From NCBI GenBank assembly GCA_030295235.1, contig AP026164.1, positions 1,736,001 to 1,800,000 of the forward strand: 64,000 bases of DNA, in the 5' to 3' direction. The stretch comes from Fistulifera solaris. Taxonomy: Eukaryota. Both the position numbers and the translations under genes were made by a program. Position 1 is the first letter of the stretch. The number at the start of each line of letters is the position of its first letter. Positions 10,945 through 23,457 of the stretch are shown here, piece by piece. Below the pieces are notes generated by a model. The model saw nothing but the letters and a program-made list of their open reading frames with translations, had not been told where the DNA came from and searched no databases.

Positions 10945-13900
10945 ATGAAGCCGACAAACGCAAGAAAGAACGAGAAACAAAATACATACAGAACTGGCCG
11001 CGCACACGAAGCAGAAAACGATATGAGCGATCGTAACACCGAACCGGTTGCTGAAGTCGACAGTATTTCGAATCATCAACCCGTCGGCCGTGAAAACAAT
11101 GAGGATAGCCAGGAGAGAGAAACGGAAGCTCCATCAAACACATTTTGGGTGAAAAGGTTTTTAGTCAAGAGAAAGAAGCGATCCGTTGAAATTTTGTCGA
11201 GAGAACTCCGGACGAGTCTTGATGCTGCGGCTACAACGCTACTAGATCTCCTCCAAGGACATTTGAAAGCAGATGGTGCAGCACAGAAAAAGCGTGATAA
11301 ACAAGGACTCTCCTTACCTGCGACGGCTGTTGGCTGGTTAGCGATTGAAATGTACTCTTCTGAACCAAGGGAGGAGTTTCGGGAAACATTAGCAGAACTT
11401 CGGACTCTCCTGCCTCAAGTGACCCGCGTCAGGATTACAGCCGATGAATGGCCGGTACTCCCCACGAGTTCGAGCAAAACGAAGGAGCGGCAGAGAGGCT
11501 GGGAAAATTTAGGGGAACTTCGTGACGGTGGATTCCTTACAAATGATGGTTTCGAGGAAACTTGGCTTTTCCTTGATTATTACAGTGCTCTCATGGAATG
11601 CCCGCCCGTCGACATGTGCTTGTTCCCGGGCTGCGAAATTTTACTCGTTGAAAATATACCTGAAGGCTGCGTTAGAAATGTGAACATGATTCAAAGCTCT
11701 CTCAAGGTGTTTCGTGTTGAGAATACACCGATCACGGACTTGGCGAGCTTACTCATACCGCTAGACGCTTTCGACACAAATGAGGAGGACTCGCAGTTTC
11801 TAGCGATATCACCAGATGATCCACTGGCTCCCTCTATACCACTTACGAGTCCACGGGCACTTTTTCCACAGTTGACTCATATCAAGCTCTCTGGTTGCGG
11901 CCTGTCAGATAGTTACGGCACAGGGCTAAGTGAATCTGAAAGTGGCTTGAAACATTCTCCTTTGTCCTGCCTTACAAATTTGCAATCTATATGTTTATCC
12001 GAAAACGATCTTGTCTCGGAAAACGCTCTGTCAGGGCTTTCTAAAATGCCTCACCTTGCTAAAGTCGACTTGTCGTATAATCGGATAAAGAGCTTGAAAA
12101 ACGCCCATTACCACCTTGGGAACATCCAGACACTCGTATTGTCGCACAACCATCTAAAAAGTGCGGAAGGCATCGAACGGCTCTATTCGCTGCAGGAGTT
12201 ATGGCTCGACCATAATCGAATTTGCGACCTTAGCAAAATAAGCGCTATAGCACGTCTGCCCGAACTGGAGACCCTGCATCTCAAGGGGAATCCGATTGAA
12301 CTGAAGACACCAAAGAGATGTCGAGTCGAAGTACTATCGCTGTTTCAGGAGAAGCGAAAGAGTTATTTGCCAGTAAACGCGACTTATCGAGATTTGCAGG
12401 CGCTTCTACCATCGCTGGATGGGAAAAAGGCTTCCGTTGAAGAAATGAAAGCAATCAAGATTAGAAGTTACAGACCGCCCAGTGTAGCCATTCCTGGTGC
12501 AGATTCAGATGTATCAAATATCATCGATCTTTCTTCAGAAGCAGGAATATGTGAGCGGACGCTAGCAGGCGGAATCGTTCCTACCCGTGGAATAAAACGT
12601 AAGTTTAAAACAAGGCAAGCGGAAGTCGACAATCCCACCAACTACGTTGTTCTGAAACCCTTGGAAGCTACTTCAACAGCTGAAGGAGGACCGGTTGTAC
12701 GTTTCACGCTTGAAGATGTTCTTCAATCACTCTGTAGGCCCGAAACACCCGACGAAGTGCATGTCATTGAAGAAGACGAAGGCGACGAGGCATCGTTAAA
12801 AGTTGAAACAGTTGGTGAAGCGAAAGGGCTACTCGTTGAAGCTGAAGCACCGCGGACACCAACTACCAGAAAAACTGACACATCGGGGGACTTGCTTGGA
12901 AAAGAAATGGATGGAGATACTGAATTAAGTCTGCTCGTTGATGAAAGTATACCGGGGAATGCTATTGAGGTCAAGGAGACTACAACCCAGAAAAATAAAC
13001 CAGACTTTGCGCAGGTACGCAAAGATGAGACGAACGAGCTTGATCGGCTAATGCTATCTCCGATCAAGTGCGATAACGCAGAAGAGCTCAAAAGTCTACT
13101 TCTACCACCGAGGCATCTGCCGAGACGCATGTGGGAGTCGATACTGAAGTTGAAAAGGCGTATACTATAGAGGATGCCAATGCAGCTAATGAATCCACAC
13201 AAGATCATCACTCGACAAGCTCACATGATGAAGCTCAAACTGGACATCCTTTACTAGTGCGCTTATCAGGACAATTTCCGGATTCTGTTACACAAGATGA
13301 TCAAAGCTCTTTTCAAAGCTCAGTCGGATCACCCAGTTACGACGGTACAGTGTCCGTAGGGAAATATCACTTAGCCGAAGACAACTCAGTATACGACGGT
13401 CCTCCCAGCTACGGGACGCTCAAAATTTGCAAGGAGCTTGAGCTTTATTTTCGCGTTTTTGTTTTCCCTGCACGAGTTAACGACAATTCTTCATCACAGT
13501 CGTCACCTTATCCGGGGGCTGCAGAGAACGACTGGCGAGACATCTTGAAGAATGAACCAAGGATACAGCTTTGGCCTGCTGACAGAAAGCAGCTGCATTC
13601 TACGGGCAACTTAAATCTGTCAATTGGTACGGGCGGTATAGAGCGGGCAGAAGAGTTTCGTCGTCTTTGGAAAGAAAGAGTTGTGGGATGTGGAAAATCA
13701 GCACTTCGTCGACTCACTCCCAACCGGGGCGCCAGGTATGGATTTCACGGAGAGCTCCTGTGGTCTGACTCGAGCTCGTCACACATACGGCCTGATACTG
13801 TTGCCGAATTTCGCGAAGTCATTGCATGTTTTTCGAATTTGAGCTTTTATCTGATAGTTGATCATGACAAAGTAAGCATAAGGTCCAAGAAGCGCTTCCC

Positions 13901-14616
13901 TCTCCCTATCGCCAAGGAGGCCGAGTTCATGCACGCTGTTTGGCCGCATGCGCTTGCGCGGCACCCGTTTTCTACTTTGAGAGCCGTTACGATCGGATTT
14001 GGTTTTCAGAGGCTCACGTTGAGATTCGGAAATTCCCAAACGCCGTCTGCTGACGATTTTATCTATGCTCTTCTCATTTCGAATAAAGCCGAAACAGTTG
14101 CTCTATTAAAAGATATCCAAGACCTTTTCAAGAGTCGCAGTTAGGAGTGAATATGTTTGCTGACGATAGTGAAAATTTGCTGATCGAGAATGATGACCGC
14201 CATGTGCTTGATGCGCTGGGTGTTGCTGTGGCACCCGACGTTATAGGGGTCGTCCTGCATTACCAAATATTAGGACAACGTTGGAGAAGAGGGGACAGGG
14301 GTATTGCTCGCCGTGTTTGCCTTTTGACTGACACCAAGCTTTTTCTTCTTGACGAGGATTATGTCGGGGATGGCTCCGAGTCTGTTGAAGCAGAAACAAG
14401 GCAAGTCGGCGAGACGGTGTACCGGCTGGTCGACTCGGCTGCTCTTTACAAGTCGCCAAAGTGCAAGCAGCAGATGCTGATCCAGCAGCCATCACTATTA
14501 TCATTCGCCCAACTACTTCCTTTCAAAAGTCACGTAACTGGCGGTTGCAATGTCGTGATCGCGTTGGCGCAGAACGGCTTGTTGAAGATGTACGAAAAGC
14601 CTTATCCATGGCTTGA
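10945..14616 (+). CDS. Large leucine-rich-repeat protein, nischarin/STK11IP-like; frameshifts near 13105, 14140 and 14450
   Basis: LRRs LAKVDLSYNRI, LGNIQTLVLSHNHL, LYSLQELWLDHNRI and LETLHLKGNPI. The C-terminal region has IGFGFQRLTL and CLLTDTKLFLLDED. The corrected frame ends VEDVRKALSMA*. Confidence 0.65.
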
Positions 14617-14676
14617 ACGAACATGACCCTTTTGGTGAATAAAAATATAGCTCGTATATTTCTTGTCCTCATTAAC

Positions 14677-15990
14677 TCAAATGAGCTTCGAAGCACCTGT
14701 TTGTGAAGTAGCAGGGGCATGTAGGCGGATAAAGCCCTGCTCGTCTCGACGAAACTCAACTACATCACCCGCTTGACGTTGAATGAATCGATTGAGGGGC
14801 TCCCGGGTGGTTGGGAATTTTACATGGGGCCAGACTTGTTGCCATTTCTTTCTAACGTTCGACATGTCAAGCCCTTCCTTCCCAAACTCCATGATAACTG
14901 CTAGTAATCGTGCCTTGAAAAACTCAACATCGTCGTCATCTGTATTCGCAACAAGTGCATTCCCTTGTGTGTCCAACATCAAAGGTAAGTCATGCGTGGG
15001 ATTTTGTTGCGTGCCCCTACCGCCGCAATGCAACAAATGATGGTACGCTTTTTGAACCGCGTGAAAATCAGATAAATCGTCGTTCGAATGTTTCTTATCG
15101 GGATGCAGTAAGCGTACTTTAGCTTTATAGGCGGCCCGAATGCGAGCTAATCTTGTTTCTTCCGCAGCCTCCAAATCCTTCCTCTGCAATCCCAACACAA
15201 CACAACTTTCCTCCCGCTCTCGACTGGCGTGTTCTCTTAAATACTCTGCCACGACCCGGTGACGTGGAGTGTTGGCCATGTCCGCGAGAACAGCAGCGTA
15301 ATTGCCAGCATCGTCCGGAGCATCATCCCATAGATCACACTCTTGGTGCAGAAACTTAACCAGTGCCAAATGTCCCATCCATGACGACTTGTGTAATGCG
15401 GTATGTCCACTTTTTTGTTTAGCACTGAAATCAATGCCCGGTAATGACTGCAGCCACCGCGCCATAGGAAGCAATCCAGCACCGGCTTCACCATCCTCGG
15501 TATCGGCTCGGGGGATGGGTACAATCCCCAACCAGTGCACAGCTCCGCATCCAAAATCGTTCACTTGCGTCGGATCGACTTGACACTGTTCCACCAACCA
15601 TTGACATAATTCGAATCGATTCTGAAAGACCGCCAACTGGAAGGGCGTTACACCTTGCTTGGCATTGTGATTGACATTGGCGCCTAATTCCTGAATGAGA
15701 CACTGGGCGGCCCGTAAGGCTCCATTCCGACACGCATAATGCAAAGCTGTTCGTCCACTCGCGGCACGCTTGGCGACGGTTTGGTCGACGGGCATCCCTC
15801 GTTGGGTGACAAAATAACGCAAGGTTTCCACTTGATTGGCACCTGCCGCCCAATGCAAGACCGTACAACCCGAAGTACAAACCGTGCTCAGTAATACTTC
15901 ATCGTCGACCAACTCGAGCACGGAAATGTTTCCGTCATGAGCTGCTTGCAACAAGGACTGATCACGCGGATGAGCGGCGCTGATTTTCAT
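14677..15990 (-). CDS. Ankyrin-repeat + DnaJ (J-domain) + probable OST-HTH/LOTUS domain protein
   Basis: Ankyrin repeats GCTVLHWAA, GRTALHYAC, GVTPFQLA and GHTALHKS. J-domain IRAAYKAKVRLLHPDK...FHAVQKAY. C-terminal LLAVIMEFGKEGLDMSNVRKKWQQVW. Confidence 0.8.
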   Translation of the reverse strand: MKISAAHPRDQSLLQAAHDGNISVLELVDDEVLLSTVCTSGCTVLHWAAGANQVETLRYFVTQRGMPVDQTVAKRAASGRTALHYACRNGALRAAQCLIQELGANVNHNAKQGVTPFQLAVFQNRFELCQWLVEQCQVDPTQVNDFGCGAVHWLGIVPIPRADTEDGEAGAGLLPMARWLQSLPGIDFSAKQKSGHTALHKSSWMGHLALVKFLHQECDLWDDAPDDAGNYAAVLADMANTPRHRVVAEYLREHASREREESCVVLGLQRKDLEAAEETRLARIRAAYKAKVRLLHPDKKHSNDDLSDFHAVQKAYHHLLHCGGRGTQQNPTHDLPLMLDTQGNALVANTDDDDVEFFKARLLAVIMEFGKEGLDMSNVRKKWQQVWPHVKFPTTREPLNRFIQRQAGDVVEFRRDEQGFIRLHAPATSQTGASKLI

Positions 15991-16197
15991 CCTTCGCCTT
16001 CCTGTAGTTATTTCGGCATCTGTCTACGATTTTCTTGCTTCCTTTGCTCCTTATATGAAGGTTTATTTTAGAACCATCATGAGCCACAACATAAAAAAAT
16101 GAGTTTGCCTTAAAATGCTGCTCACGTAAAGACATGTCAGACATAATTTCCGTCTTAGTCGTAGTTCTACTCAGTGAACTTTCGTCTCCGTCAAGAA

Positions 16198-16430
16198 CTG
16201 GCCCAGAATTTCTGGGCCGCCCCAATTTCTGTATGAATGAAATTCAACTGGTCCGGAATTTCTGGACAAATTTCATTCATACAGAAAATCTGCGGTTGTC
16301 CAGAAATTCTGGACCAGTTAATTTCATTCATACAAAAATCTGGGGCGGTCCAGAAATTCTGGACCAGCTGAATTTCATTCATATGAAAAATCTGGGGCGG
16401 ATTCAGCTTTTCTGGACCAGCTGAATTTCG
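16198..16430. repeat. Array of ~50-bp units with a 17-bp palindromic core; the leftmost unit is inverted relative to the others
   Basis: Cores of consensus GTCCAGAA(A/T)TTCTGGAC at 16201, 16251, 16298 and 16348, plus a degenerate core at 16401. Bases 16229-16244 are the reverse complement of 16269-16284. Confidence 0.9.
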
Positions 16431-16526
16431 TTATTGTTTTGTCAATAACGCTTTCCAAAAAGACGATGCTTGTTGCTTTCATTCTTTGCCTCAACAAAAG
16501 ATAAGAATTCCCCCACAGATCACATC

Positions 16527-18387
16527 ATGAGCAGCGAAGAAAGAATACACGATTCTCTTTTGCGCAAAGAAACGGTTACGACCAGTACCACAGAATCCCT
16601 GGAACTGAATAATAGCGTACTGGATGCGGATCATGCCTCACAAGTTCGCCGAAAAATGCATTTTCTCACTGCCATGGCCGCCTTGGGTGGTTTTCTCTTT
16701 GGTTACGATACGGGTGTCATATCCGGGGCTCTGTTACCCATCCGCCGGGCGTTTCACTTGACGGCTGGACAACAAGAATGGGTCGTCTCCAGCACTGTGC
16801 TCGCCGCGTTGCTGAGTTCGTTATTGAGTGGAGGTGGACTGAATGCACATTGGGGACGAAGGCCGTCCATACTGCTGGCCGCAGCTATTTTTACACTAGG
16901 AAGTTTCCTCTTGATGTTCGCCTGGAATTACGAAAGTTTGCTCGTAGGACGTACTGTGGTGGGGGTCGCGATTGGCATCGCCTCGTTGACGACCCCGTTG
17001 TACATTGCGGAAGCGGCCGAACCTTCGTTGCGGGGACAATTGGTCACGGTGAATGCTTTCTTAGTGACCTTGGGACAATTCACGGCGGGGATGGTCGATG
17101 GGTTGTGGGTAAAAACGGAGGATGGATGGAGGTACATGTTGGGACTGGCGGCGATCCCCAGTCTGATGTTGTGGGCGGGATTCTGGTTTCTTCCCGAGTC
17201 GCCGCGATGGTTGATTCTGCAAGGAAACATAGATGATGCAAGAATTATACTACGATCGTTGCGAGCGACGGAGCAGGAAGTCCATGAAGAAGTACAGGAA
17301 ATTATCAAGTCGCTATCGCAAATGAATCCAAATAGAAGTGATGCTATTGTCCATCACGAACGAGAAACGTGGGCCTACGGGTCCGGTTCTTCCCAGCGCA
17401 CCTTCTCGGAAAGTATTCAACCTGATTTTTGTGGGAAATTTCGCAGCCATGCTTCGCGATCGAGGGGCCAGAAGCTCCCTACTTTTGGGATGTGGCTTGA
17501 TGCTCATTCAGCAGTTTAGTGGAATCAATACGGTCATGTATTATGCTGCCACCATTTACGAGATGTCACATTTTGATGAAGTTACGGCCGTTTGGCTGTC
17601 GGGATTTACAGCACTGGCACAAGTGGTGGGTATTAGTTTGAGTATATATTTGGTAGATCGAATGGGTCGAAGAACGTTGGTACTGACGTCCCTAGCGTTG
17701 GTCACAGTGTGTCTATTCTTCTTGGGACTTTCCTTTTATTTAACTCGGGTTCTATCGGAGGCTGTATCACAAACTTATGATCCATGTCACTCACAACCTG
17801 GAATGTTGTGGAATGGTAAGACAAAGTTTTGCTACGACTGCATAAATATTCCGGGCTGTGGCTTCTGCGACGGTCACTGTGTGCAAGGATCATTGACGGG
17901 TCCAGCCGATCTCTCACAATGCCCCATCGGATCGGAATGGGTGTTTGAGGCATGTAACAGTCCTTATGGATACATGTCAGTACTCGCCATGGTGGCGTAC
18001 TTGCTCGCTTTTGGGATCGGCATGGGAGGACTTCCATGGACCATTTGTTCCGAAATCTTTCCTCTCCAATATCGCTCCATCGCTATCAGTTGCTCAACAG
18101 GGACCAACTGGTTTGGGAATGTTATAGTGGCCGCAACATTCCTGTCGATCAGTAGTCCACAAGTTTTGACAGCCTATGGAGCTTTTTGGATGTATGGTGC
18201 TGTGGCTCTGATTGGATTTGTGTGGCTGCATCAAGTACTCCCGGAAACCAAGGGAATGTCTCTGGAAGAGATCGAATGTCATTTTCAAGGACTACATCAA
18301 AGTGGTTATTCTTCAATCGCCGATTCTGATGAAAGAGAGAGGCCATCATCCAATAATGTTTCGCGTGGACAGTATTTGTCGCCTTGA
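16527..18387 (+). CDS. MFS sugar porter, proton myo-inositol cotransporter type (HMIT/INT); frameshift near 17425
   Basis: Motifs GGFLFGYDTGVISGA, WGRR, PESPRW, QQFSGINTVMYY, DRMGRR, SEIFP and PETKG. A Cys-rich extracellular loop (CYDC...CGFC) is typical of INT/HMIT. Confidence 0.88.
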
Positions 18388-18551
18388 TCAAGACTACTAC
18401 GCTGAAACGCTGCTAGGTCAGATTCTGTTTTCGACACACACTTTGTCAAAAAGGAACGTTCTTTTAAAAATTCTCCTAGCGCTATGATACGAGATTAATT
18501 GAAAAGGATTTCTATATTTCGTGAACATTAGTTGTAGCGTCTTTTCACATC

Positions 18552-19718
18552 TCACCATAATTCTTTTGAATCTGTCCATACTTGTACCGTTTTCCCAATC
18601 AAGTCGTTGTTGAGAAGCGCATCTACAGCCGCCCTAGCGGCGTCTCGGCGATTGATCCTTCTTCTATTCTTTTCGTCTACTTGCAAAGGATTCGATGTCA
18701 CATCTTTGTACTGCAACTCCATGTTTTCTTCGACAAATGTATCATCGTATTCACACAGTTGCAAAATCGTACTTGTAAGACTCGGAAAATCATCTCGTAT
18801 TATTTTTTCGCCCAACGATTTGATGCCCCAGAACGAACCAAACGGCGTTTCGAAATCGCTATATGTACCAGGTGCCATGGAGACATGTACAAAACTGATG
18901 GGATCGTTGTTTTGACACGAGTCTCCGATCAATCTTCTTTTCCGTTCAGCATCTTGTCGAGCCACTTTCAAAGCACCCAACATGTTTTCCAGTCCTTCTA
19001 CTTCCACTCGACCTTTGGTAGGTCTTGATATGGCTCGGAATAAGAAAGCAAAGTTGAGACTCGCAACAGCACGAGGAGCATTGCCATTAAAATCCGTGGC
19101 ACACCAAATCACCGAATCACACCCTTCTACGACCGTCTGACACTGCACTGGATCCAATAGTTCACATTCCACGAGACGAAGATTCTGTAAATTGTAGCCA
19201 TCCATACCTTGTGGATCATACTCAAACGTCGCCGTGCGTTCCTCACTACTCCAAGCGGCCCCGATCTTCCCGACCCCATCTTCGGCCCCGACTTCGTAAC
19301 TCAATCGAGCGTATCCCCGAGCTGTGGGACTGTTTTCACCAATGACATGGACCGCCGCCACGACCTCGGTGTCGGGATGCGTCCGTAGTAAATATCGACA
19401 CACCATACTTCCCAATCGACCGTTGGCTCCTGCCACGAGTACGCGTTTCTTCCGCAACGTTGGTTCCTTTGTTGTTTCCGTTTGCGGACTGTCGTGTTTG
19501 CGACGACGGTCTGTACCTAATTTCTCTTCCATGCTACGAATCTGTTCTCTTAATTCTTGAGCCTTTTGTTTCATTCGTTCGGCTTCCGAGAGGTTATTGT
19601 CATCGTCGACGGTGCTGTGGATTCGCGTAACACTCGACGTTCGCAGAGTCGCGACAAATGCTTCAACGAATTGTGCACTAACGAACAGGAGATGTATCGC
19701 GATGAATGTAATTCTCAT
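18552..19718 (-). CDS. Plastid-targeted atypical SDR / NAD(P)-binding Rossmann-fold protein
   Basis: Bipartite leader MRITFIAIHLLFVSAQFVEA-F. Motifs VLVAGANGRLG, DSVIWCA, VEVEGLENM and INRRDAARA. Confidence 0.75.
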   Translation of the reverse strand: MRITFIAIHLLFVSAQFVEAFVATLRTSSVTRIHSTVDDDNNLSEAERMKQKAQELREQIRSMEEKLGTDRRRKHDSPQTETTKEPTLRKKRVLVAGANGRLGSMVCRYLLRTHPDTEVVAAVHVIGENSPTARGYARLSYEVGAEDGVGKIGAAWSSEERTATFEYDPQGMDGYNLQNLRLVECELLDPVQCQTVVEGCDSVIWCATDFNGNAPRAVASLNFAFLFRAISRPTKGRVEVEGLENMLGALKVARQDAERKRRLIGDSCQNNDPISFVHVSMAPGTYSDFETPFGSFWGIKSLGEKIIRDDFPSLTSTILQLCEYDDTFVEENMELQYKDVTSNPLQVDEKNRRRINRRDAARAAVDALLNNDLIGKTVQVWTDSKELW

Positions 19719-20116
19719 TCTATAATTTGTTTCCTTTGTTGCAAGATAGGGTTTATGTGTTCTATCAAAAAAATTACTCATGAAGTGTTGCTAAACAAGC
19801 TGCCTATTATTTCCTAACAATGAGAAAGGCGCAAATTTTTGTGCGAGAGAAATAATTAAGTCGTCGATGAGCGATGACGCAAGCAAACGTCTCTTGCTAC
19901 CCTTGACTATAGTCCGAAGTGTAAGCGACCGTTTTTCGTGACTTGATTTCAGTCACGAGCCTGTGACACCCCCCGCGAACGAGTTCGCAGAAAATCCGAA
20001 AACGAAAACAATAACATGCCATTGTGTTCTTTTTTTCCTTGCGCGTTCTCATTATACTAGCAGGAATAAGGCATCTCCTGTTTCATTACTTTTCATCCTT
20101 CACTTACCGAAAAACG

Positions 20117-21325
20117 ATGATGAAACGACTCCTTTCTATCCCGCAGCGACGCTTCTTCTCTTCGTCGTTTCAACACGCCCCCGTGACACTATTCTCTGAA
20201 GACGAAACACTCACCCGCGAGAGTGCTCGTTTGTGGGCGACTCAAGAATTGAAGCCTGTCGTCCGTGCTATGGACGATGCCGCGCAATTGTTACCTTCCA
20301 TTCTTTCAGGCTTGTTCCAAAATGGATTCATGGGCATGGAAATTGATCCATCCCACAACGGTTCCGGCCTTTCGTTTACGAGTGCGTGTTTGGTGGTGGA
20401 AGAAATTGCCCGCATTGATCCTTCCGTCGCCATTCTAGTGGATATTCAAAACACCTTGACGAACAATGCCGTACGATTTTGGGGATCGCCGGCTTTGCAA
20501 GAAAAATGGTTGCCGCGACTGGCGACCGACACGGTCAGTGCCTTTTGTTTGTCGGAAGCAAATAGTGGGAGTGATGCCTTTGCGATGCAAACCACGGCGC
20601 AAAGGAATTCGGATGGTTCCTACGTTTTAAATGGGACCAAGATGTGGATATCGAATGCGGAACACGCGGGTGTGTTTTTGGTCTTTGCCAACGCCGATCC
20701 TTCGAAAGGATACAAGGGTATTACGGCTTTTGTGGTTGATTCCCAGACAGAAGGGATCACCGTGGGGAAACCGGAAAACAAGTTGGGATTGCGGGCATCT
20801 TCCACGTGCCCACTGATACTGGATCATGTACAAGTGACCGCGAATGATGTTCTGGGAGATGTGGGGATGGGTTACAAGTACTGTATCAACATCCTCAATG
20901 AGGGTCGAATTGGTATTGCTGCGCAGCAAATTGGGATAGCGAAAGGGTGCTTCGACATTACCCTGCCCTATTTACAAGAGCGAAAACAGTTTGGTACACC
21001 GATTTTTTGATTTTCAGGCCATGCAGCATCAGGTAGCCATGGCTGCTACCGAAATTTATGCAGCGGAAACGATGACGTATAATGCGTGTCGATTGAAGGA
21101 GGCAGGATTGCCTTTTGTCAAAGAAGCTTGCATGGCCAAATTATATTCCAGTCAAGTTGCCGAAAAGACGGCGAGCAAATGTATTGAGTGGCTGGGTGGG
21201 ATCGGGTTTACCAAGGATTTGCTCGTTGAGAAGTTTTTAGAGATTGTAAAGTTGGTTCTATCTACGAGGGAACATCAAATATTCAACTGCAAACAATAGC
21301 TAAGCTTGTAAAACAAGACTATTAG
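20117..21325 (+). CDS. ACADSB: Short/branched-chain acyl-CoA dehydrogenase (mitochondrial); frameshifts near 21005 and 21238
   Basis: Motifs [48 protein letters not shown] and [10 protein letters not shown]. Arg-rich presequence. Confidence 0.9.
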
Positions 21326-21504
21326 TAGTCATGAGATTTTTTCGAACGTGAATTTATGCATCCATTTTTTATACTCCGTTTGGTGCGGTGGAAAAGCTGG
21401 CGATAGCGTGGTTTCTCGCTCGGTTCGAATCAACTTCGATAGTAGGGCTCTGTAGCTGCGTGCAATGACTAGTCGAATTCAACTTTTGCTGCGTCAAAAG
21501 TGTT

Positions 21505-22813
21505 TCAAAAAGCAAAAGTCTTGGATCCTGGTTGCGGACAGGCAGAAGTGTTGCAGCTTGTCCGGATATAAGCCCCAGCGCCAGGGGGGAGAAGGGTGGT
21601 GGTGTCGATGAAGTGACTCTGCGCTGATGGAGAAGCTATCATCGCCTGCTGTTGGGCCAGCTGAACTAGGAGGCCTGGGTTAGAGAGTAGAAGCGCCATC
21701 TGGTATTCCATTCCGATCGGCTGAACGGGTTGCGTATTAGACTCTCTCTGGTCTTGCAAGAAGGCCAACAAATGCGATGGCTGCGAAATAGCTGTATTCT
21801 GGTTGGGAGCAGTACTGTAAGTAGGCGACACAATAGGAGGCACGAGAGTCTGTACTGTTTCGAAGCCACCTTTCATCGTGCATTCAGGCGGAGGAGTCGC
21901 ATTTGCTGAAACGGATTGTGGCGGGGACGACGAAACAGGCGTCGCTCGACTCGATGACACTGGAGAAAGGGGCCATTTCAGGCTGATGGCGTCAAAGTCT
22001 GGCTCAAAATTCGGATACGAAGCAAGTTTGGATCCTTCCTTGCTGCCATACATGTATCTGCAAAGGTGAGGCAGACCACGGAGCATGCACTTTATTCATT
22101 CAAAGGGTAAGAATTCTTGTAGAAGCAAAGATGAAGAAAACGTAGAATGTATCTTACCTCGTGATAGTAGCAACCTTTGTTCCGGCTATTTACCAACGGC
22201 TTCAGACCATTGCTCCGAAGCTGACTCAAGAAAGTGGAAAAGAGATTGTGGCCGAAATAACGATGCAAGATCTTTTGCTCTTCAAGCTGACGGGGGATGA
22301 GGATACGAAACGCGCGCCCATGAGGCTCCCAAGCGATGAAAGTGGAATACTTGGGCTCAGAGAGAATGTGATGAAGCTTCTCTCCAAAGTTCATGTCTTC
22401 GACTGCTGATGGCGCTTCATAGTCATCTTCGCCCTTTACCAAAGAATAGTCCTGGTAAGAGCTGATTTGAATGCACGGAAGAAAAAGAAAGGTTAGTCCC
22501 AAGAAGTCTAGAGCACTGAAAACGTCGTGCACTGTACGTACTGGTCCATTCGGATCTCCGAAGGGCTGCATACTTGAACAACCCCGGCTTGAGCAGAATA
22601 GTTCTCATGGATCGACTCAGCGGATTTCTCTGATTTCTTCTTTCTTTTCGTAACCTTTGCCTTCAACTGACGTACCCGCTTCGAGGTGTTTTTTTCACCT
22701 CCACGTCGTTGGCGGTTCGGTTTTTTCACCGGTACCATTGGAAAGTTAGGAACGGCAGCGGAATTTAGCCCCAGGAGGACTTTGACAGCAACAGCTTCGT
22801 CGATGTCAAACAT
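21505..22813 (-). CDS. HSF-type DNA-binding transcription factor; exons 22813-22542, 22461-22158 and 22089-21505
   Basis: The spliced product reads DHSYQDYS...FGEKLHHIL...IAWEPHGRAFRI...YFGHNLFSTFLSQLRSNG...YYHECMLRGLPHL. Both GT-AG introns (80 and 68 nt) keep the frame. Confidence 0.85.
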
Positions 22814-23457
22814 GCTTGATGAGCTCCAGTACGTTTAGCAATTAGGTAAAAGTGCGAAGAATGGGCAATGGGAAGAAGATCTGCTGACCAGGTATACAGA
22901 GAAGACTTTCTCACTTGGATCGGAATGCGAAATTATCGGAAGTGCAAGGTGTGGTGCTGTGGATTGTGTGTTGTGTGTGATTATCCGCAAATTGCAGTCA
23001 TCATCTTCGTAAAGTTACAAGTTACAAGCATCCTCATTTCCGAATCATGTTTCAGCATTCTGTCTTTCAGCCAATCACATTACGTCCTATCAGCAGTCTT
23101 GAAAATTAGTTGTGGCAAACGACGAACTAGCCAATCAAAAATCGATTATACTTGCCTTTCAGTCGTCACCAAGATCGTTCAGAAAGAAGGTGTTAGTTGT
23201 TTCTTACTCTGTGTTTGCATTTCGCAGTCTGGATTGACAAATTCAGTAAGTATATGAAACACGTAACCGGAAATCAGCAATGAGCCCCACAGTAATAGCC
23301 ATACTAATCTCTGCTCATTTTTTGTTGTGTGTTTGTTGTTTTGGCTTTCGGCTTGGCTAGCTGAGGTCTCTAGCGAGAGAGCCTAAAATCAAAACATTTT
23401 CTTAGCATGCTACGTGTAACTTAGCTCTATATCTGTATTTAAGCTCACACTCTATGT

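Noticed and set aside
16201..16364. Canonical heat-shock elements upstream of the J-domain gene
   Set aside because: The cores read GAA-N-TTC with one spacer base, not nGAAnnTTCn; the matches are only partial.
16198..16430. CRISPR array
   Set aside because: The linkers between palindromes are near-identical rather than unique spacers, there are no cas genes, and the context is eukaryotic.
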